The notes: generated by a model not told the origin, from the sequence alone. A DNA stretch of 63,401 nucleotides, filler included, from Pseudobdellovibrionaceae bacterium (GCA_030591685.1; 11 parts of 11 records of this genome joined end to end with filler, not necessarily neighbours in it), one strand, 5' to 3'. Shown: positions 30,143-40,166, counted from the first letter of the whole stretch. Program-made: numbers and translations.

Positions 30143-31731
30143 TGTCCCTTAAGGCTCTTTATTTGAGAGCACAAACTATTATAGCCCTATTGCTTACAGT
30201 TTCTTTTTTAAATGTGCCCATGGCGTACAGTAAGTCGGGTAAGGCCTATTATTTTTTAATCTCCCAACCTCAAAAAAGCCTCGTTAAAATTAGAAAAATC
30301 CGAAAGCAATTAAAATCAAAAGGTATTTCTAGTAAAATCATAAAACTAAGATCTCAGTATTATTTGAGATTTGCCTATTCAAAAAACTTGAAAAAAATGA
30401 AAAATGCCAAGCGGGCCTTTAAAAAAAAGAACTTAAAAGGTTTAAGAATATTAAAATTAAATAAAAAAATCTTGTCTAAAAAACTTAAACGTTCTGATTC
30501 CTCTCATTGGTTTTTAAAATCATTGCGCTCTTACCGGTGGACGGGGTCTTATCAGCTTGAAGTGCGTAAAATTACTTCTGACCCCTCACATATATCTACT
30601 TTAAAGCAAAGAGCTTTGCTGTCAGCTAATAGTTCATTTACCCCAGATATTCGGTGGAAAGCCTCGGCCCGACTTTTTTATGATCATGTGTTTGACATCA
30701 ACGCTGTCTACAGCTCAAGAGTAAAGAACTCTCAGAGTTATGAAATTGAGGCTGCAGAGACTTATCTAGATATTGGATTTGAAAATATTGATTTTCGCAT
30801 AGGTCGACAAAATATTGTATGGGGGGAGCTCATAGGTGCTTTTGTTGCTGACATTATCTCTGCACGGGACTTTAGGAGCTTTATTCTCCCAGACCTAGAG
30901 GTCCTTAGAATACCTCAGTGGTCTGTTTTAGCAGAGTCCAGTGTTGATAATTTTAGTTACCAACTCGTCTGGATCCCATTACCAAGCTTTGATAATTATG
31001 GCACTATAGGTAGTGATTTTCATTTTTTTAATGCATTTAATGTTCCGGATATCACTGTAAACGACCCCGAACGCCCTAGCATTAAGCTTGAAAATTCATC
31101 TTTTGGGGGTCGATTTTCATATCTACTTGCGGGTTGGGATGTTTCAGCTCTCATTTTTCAAGGCCTTAACCGTGAGCAAAGCCCTGAAAGAACCCTTCTC
31201 CCCGGCCCCTCAGTTGTAATCACCCCAAAACACTTTAAAATTACCCAGTATGGAGTGACCTTTTCAAAAGCATACCCTAGTACTGTTATTAAAGGGGAGG
31301 TTGTTTACACAAAAGACTCTCGAGTTATAACAACAGATATAGCTGACCCTGACGGCCTTATTAAGCAAGACAAACTCAGCCTTGGCCTGAGTTATGAGCC
31401 TCATCTGATCGATAATGGCCAATTTATGTTGCAGTATGTAGGCACACTACTGCCGGGAGCTCCCAATGAACTCTATGATGAAAAGCTTGAGAGCCGAGTG
31501 ACTCTATTAGTTAATAAAAGCTTTAAAAATAACAAGCATAAGCCTCAACTTATTATTATTTACGGAATTAACGACGGAGACTCTTTAATGAGGCTTAGTT
31601 ACAACTACTTAATATCACAAAATTGGAGCAGCACCTTTGGAGCTGATTTTTTTAACGGCCCTCCAGATTCTTTTTTAGGTCAGTTTGATGCAAAAGACCA
31701 ACTCCATTTTGAGTTAAAATATACGTTCTAG
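30142..31731 (+). CDS. outer-membrane beta-barrel (DUF1302-like) with a basic N-terminal domain
   Basis: ETYLD...RIGRQNIVWGE; ends GQF...ELKYTF; Lys/Arg-rich N-domain. Confidence 0.7.
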   Translation: MSLKALYLRAQTIIALLLTVSFLNVPMAYSKSGKAYYFLISQPQKSLVKIRKIRKQLKSKGISSKIIKLRSQYYLRFAYSKNLKKMKNAKRAFKKKNLKGLRILKLNKKILSKKLKRSDSSHWFLKSLRSYRWTGSYQLEVRKITSDPSHISTLKQRALLSANSSFTPDIRWKASARLFYDHVFDINAVYSSRVKNSQSYEIEAAETYLDIGFENIDFRIGRQNIVWGELIGAFVADIISARDFRSFILPDLEVLRIPQWSVLAESSVDNFSYQLVWIPLPSFDNYGTIGSDFHFFNAFNVPDITVNDPERPSIKLENSSFGGRFSYLLAGWDVSALIFQGLNREQSPERTLLPGPSVVITPKHFKITQYGVTFSKAYPSTVIKGEVVYTKDSRVITTDIADPDGLIKQDKLSLGLSYEPHLIDNGQFMLQYVGTLLPGAPNELYDEKLESRVTLLVNKSFKNNKHKPQLIIIYGINDGDSLMRLSYNYLISQNWSSTFGADFFNGPPDSFLGQFDAKDQLHFELKYTF

Positions 31732-31930
31732 CTCACTGTACAGGGCAAAAAAAGACTACCTTAAGCTTATCCTTCTGGCTCCGGTAATTTGTGACCTTTA
31801 CTGTCTCTCATTTTTTAATATAGACCTAAGTGAAGCTCTGACTTAAAAAACTTAAAGTTCTAATGAATACTTTTATAAAGCATTATAAATTATATGTTGA
31901 TTAGTTTCTACAGACGAAGAGTTGTAAACA

Positions 31931-33007
31931 GTGGATTTAGAAATTCTCAAAAAAATCATTCAAAAAGCCTCGTGGGCCCCTAGTGGGGACAACTGTCAGC
32001 CATGGCGCTTTAACTGGAACGGCAAACAACTTAAAATCTACCATATTGAAGTCCGAGCTCATCACTCCCTAAATTTTAATAACCAGGTCTCTCTTTTTAC
32101 GCTCGGTGGACTTATAGAGTACCTACATATTGCTAGCTTACATTATGGGTATGAGCCCACTTTTACCTTACCGGATCCAACGAATTTAGACCCTAACTTT
32201 CTCACACAGGTCCACTTTAAAAAAACAACACCTCAACCTCAGCCACTGTTTGAGGCCCTCAGCCTTCGTGCCACCGATCGACGCCCCTTTAAAAACACCC
32301 CCTTAGATGAAAAAATAGTCAATAACCTCCTCTCCGTGTCAAAGGATTTTAAACAGGCCAATGCTTATGTTTGTACTGCCCCAAGTGAGGAGCTTAAAAA
32401 ATACCTTGTCGCCTCTGAGGTGTTATTATTCAGCAACAAAGCCTTTCTTTTTGATATAATAAAATGGGTGAGGTTTAGAAACAAAGAGACTATAGACTCT
32501 AAAGATGGCTTGCCTTGGAGAAACCTGGGAGTGGGCCTCCGTGAGACTATTGTTCTATGGCTTATAAAAAGATATCCAAAATTATACGATCTATTTAAAC
32601 ACATGGGTATGTACAACCAAGTATCATTGGCCGCCCAAAAATTAGTAAAAAGTCATACAACTTTTATTTGCTTTACAGTGAAGTCAAATGAAAACCACCT
32701 CATTGAAAGCGGCCGGCTTGCTTTACGCTCTTGGCTGTTACTCGCAAAGCATGGGGTTTCAGCACAGCCTATGAGCTCTGGGGCGATGCTTCTTTATAAA
32801 CAAATTGTGTACCCTAAAGATAATTTTAGTACAAAAGCTATGACAACACACTTTAATAACGGGCGACTCATTTTACAAAGCTCCTTTGGCTTCTCTGAAA
32901 GTGAAAGGCCTATTTGGTTGTTAAGAGTTGGATTAAGTGATCCACTTAATAACAACATGAAAACCTATAGACGCTCTGTTGATCAGATATTTGAAGTAGA
33001 GGCATAA
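31931..33007 (+). CDS. nitroreductase-fold (Acg-like) FMN oxidoreductase
   Basis: APSGDNCQPWRF, RATDRRPF, SGR...W...GVSAQPM, LLRVG. Confidence 0.85.
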   Translation: MDLEILKKIIQKASWAPSGDNCQPWRFNWNGKQLKIYHIEVRAHHSLNFNNQVSLFTLGGLIEYLHIASLHYGYEPTFTLPDPTNLDPNFLTQVHFKKTTPQPQPLFEALSLRATDRRPFKNTPLDEKIVNNLLSVSKDFKQANAYVCTAPSEELKKYLVASEVLLFSNKAFLFDIIKWVRFRNKETIDSKDGLPWRNLGVGLRETIVLWLIKRYPKLYDLFKHMGMYNQVSLAAQKLVKSHTTFICFTVKSNENHLIESGRLALRSWLLLAKHGVSAQPMSSGAMLLYKQIVYPKDNFSTKAMTTHFNNGRLILQSSFGFSESERPIWLLRVGLSDPLNNNMKTYRRSVDQIFEVEA

Positions 33008-33032
33008 TTTATTTTTTAAAAAGGAGTTATTT

Positions 33033-33896
33033 ATGAATTTTGACTACAAAAAAGCTTTCTCTCGAAATTTAGGTTGGGTCACAGAGGCCGAACAGGAAAC
33101 ATTGAAAAATAAAACCGTTGCCATCGCTGGACTAGGAGGAGTAGGGGGGGCTCACTTATTAACTCTCACTCGACTAGGTATAGGAAACTTTAACCTTGCT
33201 GATTATGATCACTTTGAAGTCGAAAACTTTAATCGTCAAGCAGGGGCTATGATATCGACCCTAGAACAACCTAAATTAGAAACCATGGCTAATATGGCTT
33301 TAGACATTAACCCTCATTTGATTATTAATCATTTTAAAAAAGGAGTGAGTGAGGGCAACTTGCACTCCTTTTTTAAGGATACAGATGTTTATGTAGATAG
33401 CCTGGACTTTTTTTGCTTTCAAATCAGACAACAGGTCTTTCAATACCTGTATGAGAATAAAATTCCAGCTGTAACCGCTGCGCCACTGGGCCTCTCTGCA
33501 GCTAACCTTAATTTTTTGCCCGGGCATATGTCCTTTGAAGATTATTTTGGCCTTGATACTGTTGATACAGATTTTGACAAGGGGCTTTTGTTTTTATTAG
33601 GCCTATCTCCCTCAATGCCACACTCAAAATACCTTGTTGCCGAAGAGTATGTAGATTTCAAAAATAAGCGTGGACCCTCTACAGGCATTGCCTGTCAGCT
33701 CTGCAGTGGCACCATTGGCGCTGAGGTTTTAAAGTTATTACTCAAAAGGGGACGGGTATTAGCAGCACCTCATTCAATACAGATAGATGCTTATTTAAAT
33801 AAATCCGTGGCACGATGGGTACCTTTTGGGTACAAAAACCCCATTCAAAGGCTGAAGTTTTTTATCGCTAAAAGGAAATACTCTAGTCTGCTTTAA
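33033..33896 (+). CDS. ThiF family adenylyltransferase
   Basis: AFSRNLG, GLGGVGG, DYDHFEVENFNRQ, PST..ACQLC. Confidence 0.9.
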   Translation: MNFDYKKAFSRNLGWVTEAEQETLKNKTVAIAGLGGVGGAHLLTLTRLGIGNFNLADYDHFEVENFNRQAGAMISTLEQPKLETMANMALDINPHLIINHFKKGVSEGNLHSFFKDTDVYVDSLDFFCFQIRQQVFQYLYENKIPAVTAAPLGLSAANLNFLPGHMSFEDYFGLDTVDTDFDKGLLFLLGLSPSMPHSKYLVAEEYVDFKNKRGPSTGIACQLCSGTIGAEVLKLLLKRGRVLAAPHSIQIDAYLNKSVARWVPFGYKNPIQRLKFFIAKRKYSSLL

Positions 33897-33900
33897 TTCA

Positions 33901-34677
33901 TCAGCTGATTCGTCTTTGTATTTCGGCTCTATTTGAGTAAGCTGACTCAAGATATGCGATTAGCTTCTCCCAAACAGGGTCTGATTTTAAAATTTGACCT
34001 ACCATATAATTGCTACTCTGCCCCTTCAACGGATCAATTGTAATTTGTGACACTTCAAACTCTGAAACACATACGTCAACTTTATACTCATGTTCTAAAT
34101 CCGTTAGCACGTTAGTGTACAGGTAAACTCCATTTAAGGAGGCTCTTACCATGCGTCCTTCTGCAAAGCCGCCTTCGGGGAGGTGTATCCGTACCTTACA
34201 GTCCAGTTCGTGTCGGCGGTCTTTTCGTCGGCTTTTTTGCCTAAATGGAAGCACATTAAGATATTTTCCATAAGAAAATAAATTTAAAATCACATGAAGA
34301 CTGTTACCCGTTAAATTTTGAAATATTTGTGATTTTTCTACAAAAAAGTAATTAATTAAATCTGGGCACATCGTTAAATAAGATGTTGTTTGATAAGACC
34401 TCTCAGGCACTCTGTAGTTATCGTTTTGATAAAAAGTATGCCTTTTTGATTTTGAATAGTAGTACATAAATAAATTTTTATTTTCAGGCTTGTTGTTATA
34501 AACAATATGGTTATCATGATAGGCCTGTTCAAAGTTTAAAGTTAATATTTCTGCCGGAGCCCCGTTTGCAAACCCGTAGTTTTTTATAGACAAAGCTTTT
34601 GTTGGTTTAAATAAAAGTATTGAGCGATAAAAATCTACCATTTTAGGGTTCACGGCGATCACGACTTCAGAGACCTT
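33901..34677 (-). CDS. FeeM-like N-acyl amino acid synthase C-terminal part fused to a degenerate PilZ (5' truncated)
   Basis: Same IAVNP...NGAPA segment as 24695; RKDRR and RASLNG. Confidence 0.7.
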   Translation of the reverse strand, partial: KVSEVVIAVNPKMVDFYRSILLFKPTKALSIKNYGFANGAPAEILTLNFEQAYHDNHIVYNNKPENKNLFMYYYSKSKRHTFYQNDNYRVPERSYQTTSYLTMCPDLINYFFVEKSQIFQNLTGNSLHVILNLFSYGKYLNVLPFRQKSRRKDRRHELDCKVRIHLPEGGFAEGRMVRASLNGVYLYTNVLTDLEHEYKVDVCVSEFEVSQITIDPLKGQSSNYMVGQILKSDPVWEKLIAYLESAYSNRAEIQRRIS

Positions 34678-34777
34678 NNNNNNNNNNNNNNNNNNNNNNN
34701 NNNNNNNNNNNNNNNNNNNNNTTAATTAATTAANNNNNNNNNNNNNNNNNNNNNNNNNNNNNNNNNNNNNNNNNNNN

Positions 34778-35189
34778 AGGAGCGAATATTTTTTTGTTTG
34801 AGTTGACTCACAACCTCAATGAGCTGACCTTTGCATTTAACAAGGTCCCAGCCCGCGTTAGAGGTGATCACGTCCGGAGGGTCAGGGACAAGGGTGCACT
34901 GGTCAGGGTTTGAGTTAAAAATTAAATCTAAAAAACCTGAAGAGGGATAGCCCTCAATGTTAAACTCGACTTTTTTTTCAAGGGGTGAGTTGTGTTTATA
35001 AAGAAGCTCTTTAAGGTCATAAACATCAGATTGTTTAATGTGTCTTTCGTCAGGCCTTGGGTGAATGGTGATGCCTTGGGCTCCAAATTTAAGTAGATCC
35101 TTTGTGCACTCTAAGAGGTTAGGTAAGTCACCTCCCCGAGCGTTTCTAAGAGTTGCAAGTTTATTGATATTTATACTTAACATTGTCAT
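34778..35189 (-). CDS. pdxJ: pyridoxine 5'-phosphate synthase (3' truncated)
   Basis: LSININKLATLRNAR, ITIHPRPDERHI, EFNIEG, QCTLVPD. Confidence 0.93.
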
Positions 35190-35253
35190 AGCCAAGATTT
35201 ACACTAAAAATAATAGACCGTAAAGTGTTGTTGTACGTGGAGGGGGGCTAAAA

Positions 35254-35697
35254 ATGAGTCAAAAACTGATTGATATACAAATAGGCTCAGCTGAGAGCTA
35301 TGAGCTTCATTTAGAGTGCACTATTAGTGCTCAAGGAGAGGTTGAAAACTCTAAACTTTATGTAGTTGGAGGGCCTGATCTGCTTGAGTTGGCTTGTGTT
35401 TTGCGCCAGCAGCTGACGGGCCCGCTTACGGAGTTAGTTTTACCAAAAGGTCAGAGCACTGCCGCTATAGTTATTAGAGAGCTAATCTTAAAGGCTCAAG
35501 GTCAGTGGGTGGACCCCTTTGAGGGGGACGAGCTATGCCACTGCCGAGCGGTTGCGACCCGTCTGGTTGACGAGGCTGTTATTTATGGGGCTCATACTAC
35601 TGATGTTGTTAGTGAAAAAACGTCTGCGGGTACTTCTTGTGGCTCTTGCAGGGAGGATATAGAGAGCATTATTAACTACCGACTAAAAATAAATTAG
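35254..35697 (+). CDS. BFD-like [2Fe-2S]-binding protein
   Basis: LCHC...AGTSCGSCR. Confidence 0.8.
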   Translation: MSQKLIDIQIGSAESYELHLECTISAQGEVENSKLYVVGGPDLLELACVLRQQLTGPLTELVLPKGQSTAAIVIRELILKAQGQWVDPFEGDELCHCRAVATRLVDEAVIYGAHTTDVVSEKTSAGTSCGSCREDIESIINYRLKIN

Positions 35698-35941
35698 CAC
35701 TTTTTTTTATTTTTTTCAGTATTTAGCTTAGGGAACTCACCTGTTTTGATGTAAGACTTTAAAAGTTTACTAATATCTGGTCGGCATGACCCCCCACAGG
35801 CACCAACGCCTGCATTTGTAAGATCAAAAATATCATCAGATGTTTTAGCTCCGTTAATAATAGCTTGCTCAATTTTTTTTTGTGAAACACTGTTGCAAAA
35901 GCAGATTATCTTGTCGCGACTTTTTTTTTATGTCGACTCAT
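35694..35941 (-). pseudogene. BFD-like ferredoxin, frameshifted at an A9 tract (not in the ORF track)
   Basis: ATG 35941 overlaps the upstream TGA; after A9 the shifted frame gives SRDKIICFCNSV...AGVGACGGSCRPDI...KKKC-stop. Confidence 0.75.
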
Positions 35942-36936
35942 GGCTTAAGGCCTTTAATTCGGGCAGAGAGCTTTTGTACAAGCTGTTTTTTAAGGTCTTC
36001 AATGGGGCTCTTGAGCAGTGCTCCTGCCGCGTAGGGGTGACCGCCGCCATCAAAAGTTTCGGCAATGTCAACGACTTCAAAGTTGCCCTTTGATCGCAGG
36101 CTCATCTTGTATGTCCCGGGAGCTTCCTCGCGAAGCAAAACGGCCGCTTCAAGTGAGTTTATATTCATGACCATATCAATGATGTCTCTAGATTCATCGG
36201 GGTCGAGTTTAAATCTATTGAGCTGCTCTAATTGCACGATAATAACAGCAATTTTGTTTTGCAGGCTAAATTCGATAGAGCCCAAGACCTCACTTAAAAA
36301 TTTTGTTTTGCTCACCGTGTAAGTAGAAAACAAATGTTGATGAATCAGCTCAGGGTTAGGGATGTGTTGTAAGAGCTCGGCAGCAATAAGGTGTGAAGTC
36401 GCCGATGATTTTACAAACCTGAATAATTGCGTGTCAAAGCAAATGCTCGTGTAAATCGCCTTAGCGGCTGGCTCGTTAAGTTGAAGGTCTAAGAGTTTAA
36501 TAATTTTAAAGGCCATTTCTCCGGTGCTGGCAGCAGTAGTATCAATAACAGAACCATTAGTCGGAAGTGGGCCTGAAGTTAAAATCGGGTGGTGGTCGAT
36601 AAAGAGTATTTCAGTGTTCTTTTTTTGAAGTTCTGAAAATAAGGGCTCAACAAGGCGTTTGTCATTAGTGTCAAAAATGAGGCAAAGGTCGTAGTTATCG
36701 AGAGGAGCAGAGAGTGTTTCAAAATTTTTAGTATGTTGATGGCCATTCAAAAAGGCATATTTTTTGGGTATCCCATCGATAGTCATTACTTTCACATGGG
36801 CTTTTGTATCTTTTAGTGAGTGGTAAAGTCCTAAGATTGCGCCGAGGCCATCCCCGTCGCATTGAAGATGAGTTGTGAGTAGCAACTTCTCACAGGATTT
36901 AATTTTTTCAATTATGTTTTCAAGTTTTTCAATCAC
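35938..36936 (-). CDS. DHH/DHHA1 phosphoesterase (NrnA-like)
   Basis: H..DGDG, IDHH, SLRS, GGGH. Confidence 0.9.
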   Translation of the reverse strand: MIEKLENIIEKIKSCEKLLLTTHLQCDGDGLGAILGLYHSLKDTKAHVKVMTIDGIPKKYAFLNGHQHTKNFETLSAPLDNYDLCLIFDTNDKRLVEPLFSELQKKNTEILFIDHHPILTSGPLPTNGSVIDTTAASTGEMAFKIIKLLDLQLNEPAAKAIYTSICFDTQLFRFVKSSATSHLIAAELLQHIPNPELIHQHLFSTYTVSKTKFLSEVLGSIEFSLQNKIAVIIVQLEQLNRFKLDPDESRDIIDMVMNINSLEAAVLLREEAPGTYKMSLRSKGNFEVVDIAETFDGGGHPYAAGALLKSPIEDLKKQLVQKLSARIKGLKP

Positions 36937-37063
36937 TAATTTTCACCACACTATAGTTAATACNNNNNNNNNNNNNNNNNNNNNNNNNNNNNNNNNNNNN
37001 NNNNNNNTTAATTAATTAANNNNNNNNNNNNNNNNNNNNNNNNNNNNNNNNNNNNNNNNNNNN

Positions 37064-37305
37064 AAAAATTCTAAAAAATTATTATGCGAGATATACGCTG
37101 TTTTATCGTTATCACTTTTTCTCTTATACTTAAGGGCAAAGTAAACAAGCCCTCCAATAACAAGTACAAATGAGATCCCACTGACGATAAGTAAAAACTC
37201 GTATAATTTGTCCACATCGGCTGCAACAGCAGAGCCGGCGACCGGCATAAAAGTACTCGGACTCGCAATTGCCTTTTGACTTAATAATTGCCACAACGCT
37301 AACAT
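37064..37305 (-). CDS. ctaC: cytochrome c oxidase subunit II, 5' part
   Basis: 37064-37190 is identical to 24468-24594; signal peptide and TM segment. Confidence 0.92.
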
Positions 37306-37320
37306 TTTAATTTCTCTCCT

Positions 37321-38169
37321 TTAAGCAGGGGTCTGGCCGTTACGGTTTTTCATCCAGATAGGGACAAATATCCCTATCATAACAAGTACTGTAAACGCGG
37401 CTGCAACCCTCATAATATTAAAAGCATATAATGAATATTTTTTAGTCGTTGGATCAAATTGAAAACAGTATAAAACAAGTTGATCCATAATATTACCAAT
37501 TTTACCTCTAGAACCTTCAAGTAACGCTAGTTTAAAAGTTTTTTGATCAAAAGCAATGCCGTGAAGGTATCTTGAAATTTTACCCTCAGGGGTCACTATG
37601 ATTGCCGCAGAGGCATGGGAGTACTGCTTTGTAGACTCAACCCACTTAAAACTAAAGCCTACATTGTCGGCCACTTTTTTAATGTTTTCTTTTGTGCCTG
37701 TTAAAAAATGCCAGCCCTCTTTAGACCCAGGGCGCCCATAGGCCGCCACATAAGCATCCCTTTTATCTGAAGCTATTTCAGGGCCCTCGTTATGGTCCAT
37801 ACTTAAAGCAACAATCTGAAAGTCCCTGCCCACGGTAAGGTCTATTTTTCTTAAAACCTCTATAACTCCGTTTAAATGGTAGTTACATAAACTGGGACAG
37901 TCGTAATAAACAATAGAAAACACAACCGGAAGGCCTGAGTTAAAATACTTGCCTAAACTTACAGTGGAACCGGATTCATCAAAAAATTTTAAATCTAAAT
38001 TAAGGTTTTGCCCTAAGTTCTCTTTAATGCCTACGCCCTTAATTTCATTGGGTACTTCTGTAGATGGCTTTGTGACCTTTTTAGGGTCATAGGCGCTGGC
38101 TGATTGCAGTAACAGCAAAGAAAGAACAGTCCCCTTTATAAAATTTAATGCTAAGGATTTTAACAGCAT
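37321..38169 (-). CDS. SCO family copper chaperone
   Basis: YYDCPSLCN, WHFLTG, YSH; directly upstream of ctaC. Confidence 0.9.
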   Translation of the reverse strand: MLLKSLALNFIKGTVLSLLLLQSASAYDPKKVTKPSTEVPNEIKGVGIKENLGQNLNLDLKFFDESGSTVSLGKYFNSGLPVVFSIVYYDCPSLCNYHLNGVIEVLRKIDLTVGRDFQIVALSMDHNEGPEIASDKRDAYVAAYGRPGSKEGWHFLTGTKENIKKVADNVGFSFKWVESTKQYSHASAAIIVTPEGKISRYLHGIAFDQKTFKLALLEGSRGKIGNIMDQLVLYCFQFDPTTKKYSLYAFNIMRVAAAFTVLVMIGIFVPIWMKNRNGQTPA

Positions 38170-38184
38170 ACTTAAAGAATCCCT

Positions 38185-38727
38185 TTACTTTGCCGACTGA
38201 GCAAAGCTCTTTAACTTTTCATCATTATTTTTAGGCTTATTTTTAGTTATTGACCTAATAAAGTGCACCATAGCCCAACGGTCGATCACCTTAATACTTG
38301 AAAAACCAGCCATCGAAGTGCCTTTGATGCCATCTGTAACGGTTTTAAATAACGCCTTAGATGTGCCGCCGGCTACCCATTGACCCTCTACAAGGTCTCT
38401 GGCCCCTATGGCTTTGCCTGCAGGGCCGTCACCTTTTCCTGAAGATCCATGGCAAGCCGCACAATTAGATTGGTAAACACTTTTACCGTGACTCACTAAA
38501 TCTGGGGTAGAGACCCAGGCTTCTTTAACAGAACTTGAGTCAAAACTCGGAGCTTCAGTCCCTGAAGAGGCCGCCTCATCTGCGGCCTTTGCCTGCGCTC
38601 GGACCTCATCTAAATCAATCCCCTTATAAACAAAGGACAATACAAATATAAAGACAATGGAAAAGATAAATGAAAACAAAAAGGCTATTAATCCGCCCTT
38701 ATTATACGAGCTATTATCTACAGACAT
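38185..38727 (-). CDS. membrane-anchored monoheme cytochrome c
   Basis: N-terminal TM; CAACHG; GTSM. Confidence 0.9.
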   Translation of the reverse strand: MSVDNSSYNKGGLIAFLFSFIFSIVFIFVLSFVYKGIDLDEVRAQAKAADEAASSGTEAPSFDSSSVKEAWVSTPDLVSHGKSVYQSNCAACHGSSGKGDGPAGKAIGARDLVEGQWVAGGTSKALFKTVTDGIKGTSMAGFSSIKVIDRWAMVHFIRSITKNKPKNNDEKLKSFAQSAK

Positions 38728-38950
38728 AAAAAAATACCACCAAGGTAATGATTAATTAAACGATTATGAGTGATAACAAAACTTACCACCTAAGACAACC
38801 AGCTGTTTTATAAAAAGACAGGGGGACACTAAGCCCCATTTTAGTAAAGCCACTCAGCATACGGAGCCTTCTATTTCTCTGGATTTTTTACAAAAACAAT
38901 TCATTGATCCATGGTGTGGCGCGCCGCGCAAGGGCGGCTCTGTTACGTTT

Positions 38951-39502
38951 TTATTTTTCTAAACGTATGCGCTTCTTTTTAGGTTTACTCGTTCTTTCTT
39001 GTTCAATGATTTTAGCTTTGTATTTCAGCGCTTGTTTTTTAGGCACAAAGGGGGCGTATTTTTTCTCCATTTTTTTTCTTACACGAGTAAGGTCAATATC
39101 TACGCCCACGCCATCTTCTATGTCTTCAAGGGTGTCCACCCTCATGGGTAAGTATTGACGGCTTGTGGTGTCGCCCTTTTCAGGAAACCGATACTTTACG
39201 CTTCGAAGATAAGTATTATACTCTTTTATTGTTGTTTTTAAACGCTCATGGATCTGAACAATTTGTTTTATCGCCGCCTTCTTTACCCTGACAGAGCGTG
39301 TTTTCTTTTTTTCAATAATAACTTGGCGCAACTCTTGCCTTAATTGCTTTATACGGTCTTCACGCAAGTTCATTTTTGAAAGCACCTTTGTCCAATCTTC
39401 ATCTGCGGACATCATTTTTTTTGACTGACCTTGTTCTGGTAAAATACTAATAGTGGCAACTAGGCCAATACAAATGATGACCCTAAGGCTGTTGTAAAAC
39501 AT
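38951..39502 (-). CDS. hypothetical basic coiled-coil exported protein
   Basis: ORF overlapping the upstream gene in the secA run; signal-like N-terminus. Confidence 0.6.
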   Translation of the reverse strand: MFYNSLRVIICIGLVATISILPEQGQSKKMMSADEDWTKVLSKMNLREDRIKQLRQELRQVIIEKKKTRSVRVKKAAIKQIVQIHERLKTTIKEYNTYLRSVKYRFPEKGDTTSRQYLPMRVDTLEDIEDGVGVDIDLTRVRKKMEKKYAPFVPKKQALKYKAKIIEQERTSKPKKKRIRLEK

Positions 39503-40166
39503 ACTGCTCCCACCTTACGCCTACAGAAAGTGGCCTCAGTCGCTTAACCAAAACACTAGCCTTCACCGCACTGATGTCATTTAAAATAAGCTCTCCTGCT
39601 TTTATTGACGACATTAAAGCGAAGTGGTCCCACATAAAACGAGGCTCTGAAAGTATTAACTTTAACTCTAGCTTTAGCTCTGCACTGTCTACCCCTGAAA
39701 TTATAACCTTGTATTTAATGTTCCCTTCGGTCCATTGGTTACTATCTGAGTTGGCAAAACTAACCACATCACCAAACGAAGCGTCTGTCTCTGGGGGAGG
39801 CACGGCCTCCTTGAGGTCACCCCCTAGAGGGTCCTCTTCAAAAGGTGCCGGGTCCACATGGCTAGGGATTTCTGGCAATACCGCCTCTTCTTCGTAGGAG
39901 TCTTGGGCTAACTCTAAGGCTTGCACCTCAGAGTCCGGGCCGAGGGGTTGCTCTGGCAAAGGTTCTGAAGGGTAATCTTCTTCAAATTCCTCTCCCCCAA
40001 CCTCACCGGACGAAAGATCTTGCGCATCGCCTGGATCAACGCCTGAAGGGTCGATTTTTTGAATATGACCATCAATACTAATCATAATGCTCTGCCCGCA
40101 GCTTTTGCAGGTCACTAAACCAAAGTCATCTGAAATCTCTGACTGACAATAAGGGCACTGAGACAT
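39483..40166 (-). CDS. zinc-ribbon protein with acidic linker
   Basis: CPYC...CKSC; starts immediately after the secA stop. Confidence 0.7.
   Translation of the reverse strand: MSQCPYCQSEISDDFGLVTCKSCGQSIMISIDGHIQKIDPSGVDPGDAQDLSSGEVGGEEFEEDYPSEPLPEQPLGPDSEVQALELAQDSYEEEAVLPEIPSHVDPAPFEEDPLGGDLKEAVPPPETDASFGDVVSFANSDSNQWTEGNIKYKVIISGVDSAELKLELKLILSEPRFMWDHFALMSSIKAGELILNDISAVKASVLVKRLRPLSVGVRWEQYVLQQP

Noticed and set aside
37064..37190. Apparent duplication of part of ctaC
   Set aside because: Exactly 127 bp at two contig ends, i.e. an assembler k-mer overlap of a single gene
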